This document shows positions 36,600-45,866 of a stretch of DNA of 64,000 nucleotides, piece after piece (positions within the stretch are counted from its first letter, which is position 1; every line of letters starts with the position of its first letter). The notes under the pieces were generated by a model. The model was not told the origin of the DNA. It searched no databases and was given only the letters and a program-made list of their open reading frames with translations. The stretch is from Blastocatellia bacterium. Lineage in GTDB: Bacteria; Acidobacteriota; Blastocatellia; RBC074. Made by a program: the position numbers and the translations under genes. The stretch covers positions 28,010-92,009 of the forward strand of contig DAOMFR010000003.1 of the NCBI GenBank assembly GCA_035429885.1, written 5' to 3'.

Positions 36600-37178
36600 T
36601 CAGCGCGCTTGTTGTTTGGCATCGGCTTCGGACAGCAATCGTTCCAGCAACTCGATTTGTTTTTGCTGCATTTCGATCAGCGTTATCCAATCGCGTTCAC
36701 GCAATTCCGTCAACTGTTCATGCAACTGCAAAATTTCCAGTTCAGCTTTGATGTTCACTTCGTAATCGTGCGTGGCTTGCTCACGATCTTTGGCTGCCAT
36801 GCGGTTCTGGCTCATCATAATCACCGGAGCTTGTAATGCCGCAATGCATGAAAGAATCAGGTTGAGCAGGATGTAGGGGTAAGGGTCATAAGCTCGCTGC
36901 ATCAACACGAACGTGTTGAAAAGCATCCAGGCAACCAGAAACCCCAAAAAGAGAAAGATAAATGTCCAACTGCCACCGAAGGAGGCGACGTGGTCTGCGA
37001 CACGTTGGCCAAATGTGAGTTGTTCATCGAATTCACTGATAACGTCTCGCGAAATGTGGCGATGGTTGATGAAGCGTTCAACGATTTCGCGCTCTTTCGG
37101 CGGCAACTTGTCAATTTCGATTTGCAACAATTTTCGCGCAGTTTCAGGACGATTGATTTTGGCAATCTTATGATTCAT
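36600..37178 (-). CDS. DUF1003 family membrane protein
   Basis: FGGSWTFIFLFLGFLVAWMLFN...YDPYPYILLNLILSCIAALQAPVIMMSQNRMAAKDR matches my recollection of the DUF1003 core. A coiled-coil tail follows. Confidence 0.8.
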   Translation of the reverse strand: MNHKIAKINRPETARKLLQIEIDKLPPKEREIVERFINHRHISRDVISEFDEQLTFGQRVADHVASFGGSWTFIFLFLGFLVAWMLFNTFVLMQRAYDPYPYILLNLILSCIAALQAPVIMMSQNRMAAKDREQATHDYEVNIKAELEILQLHEQLTELRERDWITLIEMQQKQIELLERLLSEADAKQQAR

Positions 37179-37249
37179 CGAGCCTCCAATTGGTGAATAT
37201 TTGGTGGGCGCAGCTTACAGCAGGTTTTGACCCGGAGAACAGGCGAGAA

Positions 37250-38653
37250 TCATTTTCCGTTGAGCTGATGAACGGTTTTTCGCAACTTGGATGTGACAAG
37301 GCCGGTCAGGCCATTCGGCTCGAACGCTTTGACCAGTGCCAGAACAGGTCTGAAGCTGAACCGCGGGGGATAAACTGCCAGGTATTCTTTTTCGACGAAC
37401 GAGGGCGCAAATTTGGACTTGAACCGATGCAGGGTGTGAAAGTGATAAAACATGTCCATATGGCGATAGATGAGTTTCAACACGCGCGCAACGATTTTGA
37501 AATCATCTTCCGGTTCGACACCTGCCAGAGGCGAAGTGGCCAGCGTTGCTATTTGAGCGCCTTCTGCCGACAGATGCTTCAACGCTTCGACAACCAGCAA
37601 TTCGCTCACTCCGCGCTCCGCTTTCGGATGGCGAATCAAATCTTCCAGATACCATCCGTTCCGCGCATAAATCGGTGAACAGGCCAGGAAACCGCACAAC
37701 GCTCCGCTGGCTTCGCGCGCCAAAAAATAACGCTTGTGTTCGCTCAGCTTGAACGGTGTGAGTTCCAGTAACCAGCCCAGCGCGTCAATTTCACGTGTAT
37801 CCAGCCAACGGCGGCAAAGCGATTCAATTTCGGTCCGCGTTTCCGGGTGAGAGTTCGAATCCGGGTCGTAAGGCTCAACGATGATTCCAGCGTTACGGGC
37901 CTGATTAACACCCGCGCGAATCTTTTTGGCGCGGTCTCCAGCGGGTTTCCATTCAGGCAATTTGAAATAACCCGATTCGCCAACACACAACAAACGCATT
38001 CCGCATTCACGCGCGACAGCGGCAAATTCTTGGCCCACTGGCAACATCAGGCAGTCCAGGCGTTTCCGGCGGCAATGCTCCAAAAAACTACGCGTAACAC
38101 TCAGCCAGTTTTCTTTGGCCGCCAGCGGCGCAGCGACGACGATCAGCACATTTCCAACGCGGCGAAACACGACTGCGGCTTCGGGGAGTTCAGACCACCA
38201 AACTTCCATTTCGCCATACAGCGACAGAAACGATTGGTGTTCGTATCCGTATCGCTTCAGGATTTGAATCAGACGCCACTCGCAATTTGCTACGGCAACT
38301 TCTTCGACGGAAGAATCAAGCGGAGAACGAAATCTTTTAACCTTGTCGGGGAGCCAGTCTGTTTGTCGCAGCAATTCCAGGCTGAAGCCGATGGCTGAGC
38401 CGAGCAATAAACCTTTGGCTGTAAGGCCAGTCGCTCGCCAGAGCGAATTGCGCGTTAAATGCCCCGTGATAATCAGGACGAACAGGCTTTTGCGGGTCAG
38501 AATCAACGACGTAAAAACACCCAGCGCACTGCTTAAAGCGGTCGTTTGTCCCATCTTTTGCTGAGAGAGAATCAGTTTGTCGAAAAAACTGACGGCTTTA
38601 ACCATGATGCGTTTCCAGGGCAAATTGGCGAGGGTTGCAGATAGCGCCGACAA
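37250..38653 (-). CDS. MprF-C-terminal-like (DUF2156) aminoacyl-phosphatidylglycerol synthase domain protein with short TM anchor
   Basis: There are 2-3 N-terminal TM segments. The following region includes LPEWKPAGDRAKKIRAGVNQA and WYLEDLIRHPKAERGVSELLVVEAL...LATSPLAG, resembling the LysPG synthase domain. Confidence 0.65.
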   Translation of the reverse strand: MSALSATLANLPWKRIMVKAVSFFDKLILSQQKMGQTTALSSALGVFTSLILTRKSLFVLIITGHLTRNSLWRATGLTAKGLLLGSAIGFSLELLRQTDWLPDKVKRFRSPLDSSVEEVAVANCEWRLIQILKRYGYEHQSFLSLYGEMEVWWSELPEAAVVFRRVGNVLIVVAAPLAAKENWLSVTRSFLEHCRRKRLDCLMLPVGQEFAAVARECGMRLLCVGESGYFKLPEWKPAGDRAKKIRAGVNQARNAGIIVEPYDPDSNSHPETRTEIESLCRRWLDTREIDALGWLLELTPFKLSEHKRYFLAREASGALCGFLACSPIYARNGWYLEDLIRHPKAERGVSELLVVEALKHLSAEGAQIATLATSPLAGVEPEDDFKIVARVLKLIYRHMDMFYHFHTLHRFKSKFAPSFVEKEYLAVYPPRFSFRPVLALVKAFEPNGLTGLVTSKLRKTVHQLNGK

Positions 38654-38769
38654 TGCCTCCCAAAGCTTCTGTCACTTCGCTATCCGCAATCCTCATAAAT
38701 CGGTGAAAAAGGCGGGCAAGAGTTTTATGTCCTGCCCGCATAAGACGTGAGTCACGTTGTCTCAAGGTG

Positions 38770-41700
38770 TCAACCGTTGATGCTATCCACCAGCATCGTA
38801 GACTCACGTTCCGCGCCTGTGCTCTTTTCAGGCGCAGAAACTCGAGGTTTGTTTTTTCCTTCAAAAACCAAATACAGCGTCGGCAACACAATCAGGGTCA
38901 GCAAGGTCGCCGAAATTAAACCGCCGATGATGACCACCGCCAGCGGCTTTTGCGTTTCCGAACCGATACTGTGCGACAACGCCATTGGCAGCAGGCCCAG
39001 CATCGCCAGCATGGCTGTCATCAAAACCGTTCGCAGCCGGACGAGTCCGCCTTTCAGCACAGCCTGATACGGCGACAAACCTTCATCACGCAGTTGATTG
39101 AAATAGCTGACCATTACGACGCCGTTCAGCACGGCCTGGCCAAACAACGCGATGAAGCCGATGGCGGCAGACACGCTCAAGTGAATGCCCGTGAACAGCA
39201 GCGCGAAAATGCCGCCAATCACCGCAAACGGCACATTCAGCAAAATCAGCATCGAACTGCGCACCGATTTGAACGCGTTAAACAACAGCACAAAGATTAA
39301 CAACACGCTGACCGGAATAATCATCGCCAGTCGTTTCATGGCGCGTTGCTGGTTTTCAAATTCGCCGCCCCAGGTGATGGAATACCCAGGCGGCATTTGG
39401 ACCTTCTGCGCGACCTTTTGCTGCATTTCGGCGACAAGGCTGCCCATGTCGCGGTCGCGGATGAACACTCCGATGGCGGCGACGCGCAATCCCAATTCAC
39501 GGCTGATGTTCATCTGGCCAGACTTGGTCGTGATGGTTGCCAAATCGCTCAGCGGAATGCGTTGTCCGCCCGGAGCATCCACCAGAATGTTTTTGATGTT
39601 TTCCATCTGGCGCTGTTCTTCGTTCAAGCGAACGGCCACGTCGAATTTTCTCTCTCCCTCCCAAATGTCTGTGGCGACGCGGCCACCCAAGGCGGTTTCA
39701 ATCACGTCCTGAATGTCAGCGACGTTCAATCCGTAACGCGCAGCTTTGGCGCGATCAATTTCAATCTGCAACTGCGGCACTTGTCCGTAACGATCAATGA
39801 AGGCTCGGGCGACGCCGTGAATTGGTTGAATCGTGTCCAGCACTTTTTGCGCTTGTTCTTTCAACACGTCTCCGTTTTCGCCGAACACTTTAATGACAAT
39901 CTGGCCGTCAATCTGTGAAATGCTTTCCAGCACGTTGTCGCGAATGGGTTGGGAAAAGCTGGGGTTGATGCCCGGAATCACATCCAGCGCTTTGTCCATT
40001 TCTTTTTCCAGCTCTTCGCGCGTTAAACCTGGACGCCATTCAGCCGGAGGTTTCAGGTCAACGAAAAATTCTGCCATGTTGATCAGCTTCGGATCTGTGC
40101 CGTCCTCCGGGCGTCCAGCCTTGGAATTGACCATCTTAACTTCCGGGTATTTGCCCAGAATGCTACGCACCTGGCGCGTCAGCCGAACGGTTTCCTGATT
40201 TGAAATGCCCGGCGGAAACGTGATGTTCACCCACATCGTGCCTTCGTTGAGTTCGGGCAAAAATTCGCTACCCAGCAGCGGCACAATGGAAAGGCTGACA
40301 GCCAGCATTACCACCGCCGACCCGATGACGATCCATCGATGATCCAGCGCCCATTCCAGAGTTGGACGATAAATTCGTTTGCAAGCGCGGACGACAAAGT
40401 TTTCTTTTTCCGAAAGCCGTTTGCGCAACAGGAAGTAACAAAGCAGCGGAACCAGCGTCAGCGAAAAGATCAGTGACCCGATTAGCGCAGCCACCACTGT
40501 CCAGGCCATCGGCGCAAAGATACGGCCTTCGTGGCGCTGCAAGGTGAAGATGGGCAAATGCGCCGTGATGATGATCAGCATCGAAAAGAACGTAGGTCGT
40601 CCAACTTCGCCTGTGGCTTTCAAAATGGAGTATTTGATCGCTTCCAGACTCAGCCGCTTGCCGCGTTTGTGCGAATGTTCGCTCAGTTGACGGAAGATGT
40701 TTTCGACCACGATCACCGCACCGTCCACGATAATTCCGAAATCCATCGCGCCCAGACTGAGCAGGTTGGCCGGAATACCTTTAAACGTCAGCCCCAGAAA
40801 TGTCGCCATCAGCGACAGCGGAATGGTGATGGCGACGATGATTGCTGCCCGGATATTGCCCAGAAACAGCAACAACACCAGCGTCACCAACATCGCGCCT
40901 TCGGCCAGATTTTTGAATACAGTTCTGAGTGTCGTGCCGATCAGCCAGGTGCGGTCATAAATCGGATCAATCTTGACGCCTTTCGGCAACACGCGGGCGT
41001 TCAGGTTGTCCACCTTATCTCGAACGGCTTTCAGCACTTCGGACGGGTTTTCGCCTTTGCGCATCAAGATGATGCCGTTGACGCAATCGTCTTCGTTGCC
41101 TTGCCCCACCAATCCCTGCCGAGGCACCGCGCCGATTTCAACCGAAGCGACGTCTTTAACCAGCACCGGAGTGCCGCCGCGCGCATCCACCACCACATTG
41201 CCGATGTCGTCTGGAGACCGCAGCAATCCGATTCCGCGAATCAGATATTGTTGTTCGCCTTTTTCCAGATAACTGCCGCCGGCGTTCGCATTGCCACGAC
41301 CGAGCGCTGTGTAAAGCTGCTGCAACGTAATGTTCAGGCTTTTCATCTTCGCCAGATCGGGTTGGACTTGATACTGTTTGACCAGTCCGCCATACGTCAC
41401 CACATCTGCGACGCCGGGCACGGTTTTCAATTGTTTTTCAACGACCCAGTCTTGCAACGTGCGCAAATCCATTGGGCTTACTGGTGGCGTCACGCCGTCG
41501 CCTTTCAACCGGTAGCGATAAATTTCGCCAATGGGCGTGGCCAACGGGCCCAGATCGGGCGTGACACCTTGAGGCAAATCAACTCCGCGCAAACGTTCGA
41601 TCACCTGCTGGCGCGCGAAGTACGCGTCAACGCCATCGTCAAAGGTCAACACTACGAATGACAATCCAAACATCGTATGCGAAAACAGGCGCACCGAATG

Positions 41701-41931
41701 CGGAATGCCGCTCAAGCCAATCTCAATTGGCATTGTCACCTGTTTTTCAACCTCTTCAGCCGCTCGACCTTGAAAGAGGGTGATGACCTGCACTTGGGTG
41801 TCTGTCACGTCTGGAAATGCTTCGACCGGCAAGGCGCGAAAGGCCATGATTCCGCTGCCGATGAACAGCAAAGTCAGCAGAAACACCAACAGAGGTTGAT
41901 CCAGCGCAAATGAAACCAGACGGTTGAGCAT
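38770..41931 (-). CDS. heavy-metal efflux RND pump (CusA/CzcA family)
   Basis: A 1053 aa protein. The HME-RND N-terminus is present (MLNRLVSFALDQPLLVFLLTLLFIGSGIMAFRALPVEAFPDVTDTQVQV). The topology is 12-TM. The gene is 3 nt downstream of the adaptor gene. Confidence 0.92.
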   Translation of the reverse strand: MLNRLVSFALDQPLLVFLLTLLFIGSGIMAFRALPVEAFPDVTDTQVQVITLFQGRAAEEVEKQVTMPIEIGLSGIPHSVRLFSHTMFGLSFVVLTFDDGVDAYFARQQVIERLRGVDLPQGVTPDLGPLATPIGEIYRYRLKGDGVTPPVSPMDLRTLQDWVVEKQLKTVPGVADVVTYGGLVKQYQVQPDLAKMKSLNITLQQLYTALGRGNANAGGSYLEKGEQQYLIRGIGLLRSPDDIGNVVVDARGGTPVLVKDVASVEIGAVPRQGLVGQGNEDDCVNGIILMRKGENPSEVLKAVRDKVDNLNARVLPKGVKIDPIYDRTWLIGTTLRTVFKNLAEGAMLVTLVLLLFLGNIRAAIIVAITIPLSLMATFLGLTFKGIPANLLSLGAMDFGIIVDGAVIVVENIFRQLSEHSHKRGKRLSLEAIKYSILKATGEVGRPTFFSMLIIITAHLPIFTLQRHEGRIFAPMAWTVVAALIGSLIFSLTLVPLLCYFLLRKRLSEKENFVVRACKRIYRPTLEWALDHRWIVIGSAVVMLAVSLSIVPLLGSEFLPELNEGTMWVNITFPPGISNQETVRLTRQVRSILGKYPEVKMVNSKAGRPEDGTDPKLINMAEFFVDLKPPAEWRPGLTREELEKEMDKALDVIPGINPSFSQPIRDNVLESISQIDGQIVIKVFGENGDVLKEQAQKVLDTIQPIHGVARAFIDRYGQVPQLQIEIDRAKAARYGLNVADIQDVIETALGGRVATDIWEGERKFDVAVRLNEEQRQMENIKNILVDAPGGQRIPLSDLATITTKSGQMNISRELGLRVAAIGVFIRDRDMGSLVAEMQQKVAQKVQMPPGYSITWGGEFENQQRAMKRLAMIIPVSVLLIFVLLFNAFKSVRSSMLILLNVPFAVIGGIFALLFTGIHLSVSAAIGFIALFGQAVLNGVVMVSYFNQLRDEGLSPYQAVLKGGLVRLRTVLMTAMLAMLGLLPMALSHSIGSETQKPLAVVIIGGLISATLLTLIVLPTLYLVFEGKNKPRVSAPEKSTGAERESTMLVDSING

Positions 41932-41934
41932 GAT

Positions 41935-43314
41935 TTATTCACCCTTCTCCGATTTGTCTTCCGCCGGTTTGCCTACGCCGCCGTTCAGCAACAAGACGCC
42001 TTTGGTGACGACTCGCTCGCCTGGCTTCAAGCCGGACTGGATCAAGGTGAATCCGTTTTCTTCACGCGCCGGTTTGATTTCGCGGCGGCGGAACCGTCCG
42101 TGTCCATCTTCGACCAGCACGGCGGTGCTGTTGTTGACTGAAATCACAGCGCCAGACGGGACGGCAGGAAAGACTTCCGTTGTTGCCGAGCCGATTTTGA
42201 TCTTGGCGAACATTTCTGGTTTTAGCAGTCCGTTGTTGGGCACAACGATTCGCACGTGAACGGTTCGCGTTGTCGGATCAACCGCAGGGTTGATGAATGA
42301 CACACGGCCCGAAAAGCCCCGGTCCGGCAAAGACGCGACACTGATGCTGACCGGAGTTCCAACGCGAATGTGCGGCAAAAAACTTTCGTACACGTCCGCA
42401 ATCACCCACAGCGTGGAAAGATCGGACAACAGATAAAGCGGGTTGGGAATGTCCGGTTTGATGTATTGGCCCGGGCCTACCTGACGATCAACCACCGTTC
42501 CGTTGATGGGCGCGCGAATGACAACCCGGCGATCAATCGAACCCGCAGGTTGAGTTTCGATGCGCGCAATTTCGTCCCTGGTTTTGCCGAACAGCGCCAA
42601 CCTGTTTTCGGCTACGGCAATGGCAGCTTCAGCGCGGCGGAATTCTTCTTTGGCGCGCTCTAAATCCGCGTCGGCCAGTTGTACGTCTTTGGCGGCAGCG
42701 GCTTCTTTCTCAAACAAGGCGCGAGTTCGATCAGCGGTTTTCTGCGCAGTGTCGAGCACGATTTTGGTTTTGTCGCGGTCGGAACGGGCCGCAGCCAGAT
42801 CGTTTTCCACTCCAACCAATTCAGGTGATTCGACCACCAGCAAGGGCTGGCCTTGTTTGACCAGATCGCCTTTGTTGGCCAACAGTTCAATAACGCGTCC
42901 CGCGTAAGGAGTGAACACCGGAGTTTGGCGATCTTCGTTGAACGCGACTTTGCCTGTGGTTTCCTTTTCAACTTCCACCGCGCGTTCAACCGCTGGCTCA
43001 ACAGAAATTTGCTTTAATTCGTCTTCCTCGACAGTGACTAGATCAGGAGTCGCGCTTTGCACTGGGGCCGTTGCTTCGGTTTGCGTCGCGGGATTTTGTT
43101 GCTCGTTGTGAGCGCCTTTCTTCCACAACAATGCGCTGAACAATCCCCCAAACAGCGCCAGGATCACGACCAAGCCCAGAAAAGTGCGCCGCCGCAATTT
43201 GAACACCGGCGTGTCCGTTTCGGTGGAAAGTTCATCCAACGAAATGTGTGGCCTGTTTGGTGGGTGTTCGTCTGTTTCAAGTTCCTGGTGAACGATTTCG
43301 TCAATAATCTTCAT
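41935..43314 (-). CDS. efflux RND periplasmic adaptor (membrane fusion protein, CusB/CzcB-like)
   Basis: It has a TM anchor, a coiled-coil hairpin region and lipoyl/beta-barrel motifs (GDLVKQGQPLLVVESPEL, IRAPINGTVVDRQVGPGQYI). Confidence 0.88.
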   Translation of the reverse strand: MKIIDEIVHQELETDEHPPNRPHISLDELSTETDTPVFKLRRRTFLGLVVILALFGGLFSALLWKKGAHNEQQNPATQTEATAPVQSATPDLVTVEEDELKQISVEPAVERAVEVEKETTGKVAFNEDRQTPVFTPYAGRVIELLANKGDLVKQGQPLLVVESPELVGVENDLAAARSDRDKTKIVLDTAQKTADRTRALFEKEAAAAKDVQLADADLERAKEEFRRAEAAIAVAENRLALFGKTRDEIARIETQPAGSIDRRVVIRAPINGTVVDRQVGPGQYIKPDIPNPLYLLSDLSTLWVIADVYESFLPHIRVGTPVSISVASLPDRGFSGRVSFINPAVDPTTRTVHVRIVVPNNGLLKPEMFAKIKIGSATTEVFPAVPSGAVISVNNSTAVLVEDGHGRFRRREIKPAREENGFTLIQSGLKPGERVVTKGVLLLNGGVGKPAEDKSEKGE

Positions 43315-43356
43315 AACGGCAAAGGGGTTCGCGTTAGTTAAAAAGATGCGGCAACG

Positions 43357-44766
43357 CTATCGCAGCGTCTTGCCGACAGCCTGTTCCAATAACCAAAGAG
43401 AATTTTGATAATCCGCGCGCGCCTGGTTGTACGCTGCCAGCGCTGCGTTATAGGTGCGCTGAGCGTCCAGCAATTCAAACAAACTCGACGCGCCTTCCTT
43501 GTAACTGAGCGTGGCAATGCTGCGTAACTTTTCGACCTGAGTCAGGTTTTGTTTGCTGTAAAGATCCAGAGTGCGACGTGCAGACAAATAGACTTGATAT
43601 GCTTTGTTGACGTCGGTCGTCGCTTGTAATTCGGCTTGATGCAGCAACGTCTCGCTGGCTTTTCGCTGCGCTTCGGCTTGCGTGATAGCTGCGCGCTGGT
43701 TGTTATAAATAAAAAGCGGGACGGAAAGTGTTGCGCCGAAGCTGCTGTCTGAACCGACTCGTTGAAATTCCGACCCCACCGAAATATCGCGGACTCGTTG
43801 CGCCTGAGCCAAACTCATTCCTCGGTTGGCGGCTTCAAATATGTGGCGAGCGGCAATAACGTCAGGTCGCTCACCCAGTGAAAGCTGCAACAACTCTTCC
43901 TGTGTTTGGACAATCGGGCGATCGTCGAATTCGGCCACGATTTCAAGCGGTGTATTGCGTAGTGAAGCTGAAAATTGTGCACCGCCGTCAGCCGAAGAAT
44001 TGTTTCCAGCTAAAACGATATTTCCACCGTTCGGCAAAGCGTTTTGTGCGGTTTGCCGATTGCTGAAAGCGACGTCAGCAACTGTTGCTCCCAACAGGTT
44101 CAACACGTCGCGCGTTGCCAATTCATAACTTGTCCGCGCTTGCACAACAGCTTGTTCAAACTGCATTTGCCCGGCGCGTGCTCGGTAAATTTCCAGCCCC
44201 GGTAAATCTCCGTTTTCAACTTTGGTAGCTGTCAGTTGGACGGTCTGTTCGTACTGCCGTTGCGTGGATTCAGCCAGCAATAAGTCTTCACGAGCCAGCG
44301 TGGCTGCGGTGAAGGCTTGCCGCAGTTGATAAAGCTGTGTGCGAATGGCATCCAGCATCAGCGCTTCGTTGGCTTTGAGTTGTTCGTCTGCCTGCTCAGT
44401 GCGAAGTTCGCGCTTGCTGCCACGTTCTATGATTTTGTCAATGCGAACTGTGTAAGTGCTTGCCGCCGAAATCCCCAGATTCGATTTGAACAAACTTGAT
44501 GCTGAATGGCCGAGTGCCAGCTGCTCAGCGCCGACGGTCAAAACGGGGTTCGGTTTGTAACTGGCTATCAATTTGGCGGCACGGCTGGATTCGACCTGAT
44601 ATTTGGCGGCGGTGACGGCCAGATTGCGATCCAGCAAAATGCGTTCGGCGTCAGCCAAGGTCAATCTGCGCGGGATTGAGTTGACCGGCGACGATTGTGA
44701 AGAAACCTGTGCCAGGATGGACATTGGCACAGCGGCGAGCAGCACAAAGAAAAAGCATCTCGCCAT
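43357..44766 (-). CDS. TolC/CzcC-family outer-membrane efflux protein
   Basis: A signal peptide is present (MARCFFFVLLAAVPMSILAQ). There are two OEP repeats rich in coiled-coil heptads. It is the first gene of the tripartite pump operon. Confidence 0.85.
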   Translation of the reverse strand: MARCFFFVLLAAVPMSILAQVSSQSSPVNSIPRRLTLADAERILLDRNLAVTAAKYQVESSRAAKLIASYKPNPVLTVGAEQLALGHSASSLFKSNLGISAASTYTVRIDKIIERGSKRELRTEQADEQLKANEALMLDAIRTQLYQLRQAFTAATLAREDLLLAESTQRQYEQTVQLTATKVENGDLPGLEIYRARAGQMQFEQAVVQARTSYELATRDVLNLLGATVADVAFSNRQTAQNALPNGGNIVLAGNNSSADGGAQFSASLRNTPLEIVAEFDDRPIVQTQEELLQLSLGERPDVIAARHIFEAANRGMSLAQAQRVRDISVGSEFQRVGSDSSFGATLSVPLFIYNNQRAAITQAEAQRKASETLLHQAELQATTDVNKAYQVYLSARRTLDLYSKQNLTQVEKLRSIATLSYKEGASSLFELLDAQRTYNAALAAYNQARADYQNSLWLLEQAVGKTLR

Positions 44767-44835
44767 GCTTTGAATTTGGCCAAAAGAGGTTCGGTAAATC
44801 ATTACTTCACGTCAACTGCTCTCAAGAATAAGAAC

Positions 44836-44873
44836 GCTTCCGTTGCCCTCAGGAGGTAGATGGCAACGGAAGC
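44836..44873 (-). terminator. hairpin with T-rich tail between the small ORF and the efflux operon
   Basis: A 12-bp perfect stem pairs GCTTCCGTTGCC with GGCAACGGAAGC across a 14-nt loop. On the - strand it is followed by GTTCTTATTCTT. Confidence 0.55.
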
Positions 44874-44897
44874 CATCAACGGACAAGCACTCCGCGT

Positions 44898-45110
44898 TTA
44901 CTTGCCCGAAGGTTTGGTTTTGGTTGCGGCAGGTGTCGGCGTCGGCTTAGCCGTTTTGGTTTTCTTGGTTTTGCCTTTGCCTTTAGTTTCGGTGGTGCCC
45001 GCAGCAGGAGTCGTCGCTTTGGTTTTGTCGCCTTGGATCGTTCCGGCGAAAGCACTGGTTGTGCCCATCAGCAAAGCTGCCAGCGAAAGAGTTGCAATAG
45101 TTTTCTTCAT
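44898..45110 (-). CDS. small secreted Lys/Thr/Pro-rich low-complexity protein
   Basis: SD GGAGA lies upstream of the ATG. The signal peptide is classical (MKKTIATLSLAALLMGTTSAFA). A disordered K/T/P-rich tail follows. An antisense ORF competes for this locus (see the rejected list). Confidence 0.5.
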   Translation of the reverse strand: MKKTIATLSLAALLMGTTSAFAGTIQGDKTKATTPAAGTTETKGKGKTKKTKTAKPTPTPAATKTKPSGK

Positions 45111-45261
45111 TAAGGTCTCCGTAAAATATTGGGGATGATTGATCTCATCCGGTTTTGGGGTCGCGGACGCCGCCAGGGCAACTCTTGTTGCGAGGCATTC
45201 GCGGAGTAATAAAGCTTGGAGTTAGTAGTGTGTTTGACTTATGTCAGGCCAATCAGTTGGA

Positions 45262-45519
45262 TCAATATGCTGAACGAGGGCCGGTAACGACGCGATAAAG
45301 CGTCAACGCTAACAAGACACCAACCATCGAAACCATCCATCCAGCCAGATTGTTTTCCGTGCCCAGGAAAGAGCGTCCGACAAATACTCCCAACAACGAT
45401 CCGATTAAACCGGTTCCGGCAATGCCCAGAACTCTTCCCATTCCCTTGCCGGGCATCAACGGTTTTGCGATCACGCCCACAGCGAGTCCCAAAATAATTT
45501 GCCCGACAAGGTGAAACAT
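45262..45519 (-). CDS. GlsB/YeaQ/YmgE-family (transglycosylase-associated) stress membrane protein
   Basis: An 85 aa protein. GLAVGVIAKPLMPGKGMG...GTGLIGSLLGVFVGR is the family pattern. SD AAGGAG is present. Confidence 0.85.
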   Translation of the reverse strand: MFHLVGQIILGLAVGVIAKPLMPGKGMGRVLGIAGTGLIGSLLGVFVGRSFLGTENNLAGWMVSMVGVLLALTLYRVVTGPRSAY

Positions 45520-45545
45520 TTACTCACTCCTTCGCCAAGCAGTCT

Positions 45546-45561
45546 GGCAAGCGCGATGCCA
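45546..45561 (-). promoter_or_regulatory. sigma54 -24/-12 promoter match upstream of the YeaQ-like gene
   Basis: The minus strand reads TGGCAT-CGCGC-TTGCC, with correct GG-N10-GC spacing. The -12 element lies ~27 nt upstream of the ATG, with AAGGAG between them. Confidence 0.55.
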
Positions 45562-45758
45562 CGAAAATCCAGTGAAGTAATAGTTCGACACGATTTGAGA
45601 AAACAGCGTTCTGGCAGGCTTTTTCAAGCAAGGCAGCGCTTGAAGTGTGAGATAAACGCAACCTTGACGGCGTGGCGTTTTGGCTGCGCTGATTGGCAAG
45701 CCTGCAATTTCGCCACGTGACATTTCGGCAAGAGGGTCAATCTTGAATTGTTTGCGGG

Positions 45759-45774
45759 TGGCACTGGCTTTGCT
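45759..45774 (+). promoter_or_regulatory. sigma54 -24/-12 promoter match upstream of the histidine kinase operon
   Basis: TGGCAC-TGGCT-TTGCT is a full match to TGGCAC-N5-TTGCW. It lies ~93 nt upstream of the kinase ATG. Confidence 0.6.
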
Positions 45775-45866
45775 GCCGCCTGACTGGTGACGGACTCTGT
45801 TTGCCGCTGGCAGACTTTGTTACGATACTGGCCGCAACTTCAAATTACTGAGCAAATAAGCGTCTT

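Noticed and set aside
40531-41661. A 376 aa ORF antisense to the RND pump gene.
   Set aside because: It is a shadow of a strongly supported 1053 aa RND gene.
44860-45138. A 92 aa hydrophobic plus-strand ORF with AGGAGG upstream.
   Set aside because: I did not annotate it because the antisense ORF has a textbook signal peptide and fits the operon orientation. It is kept as an open question in the findings.
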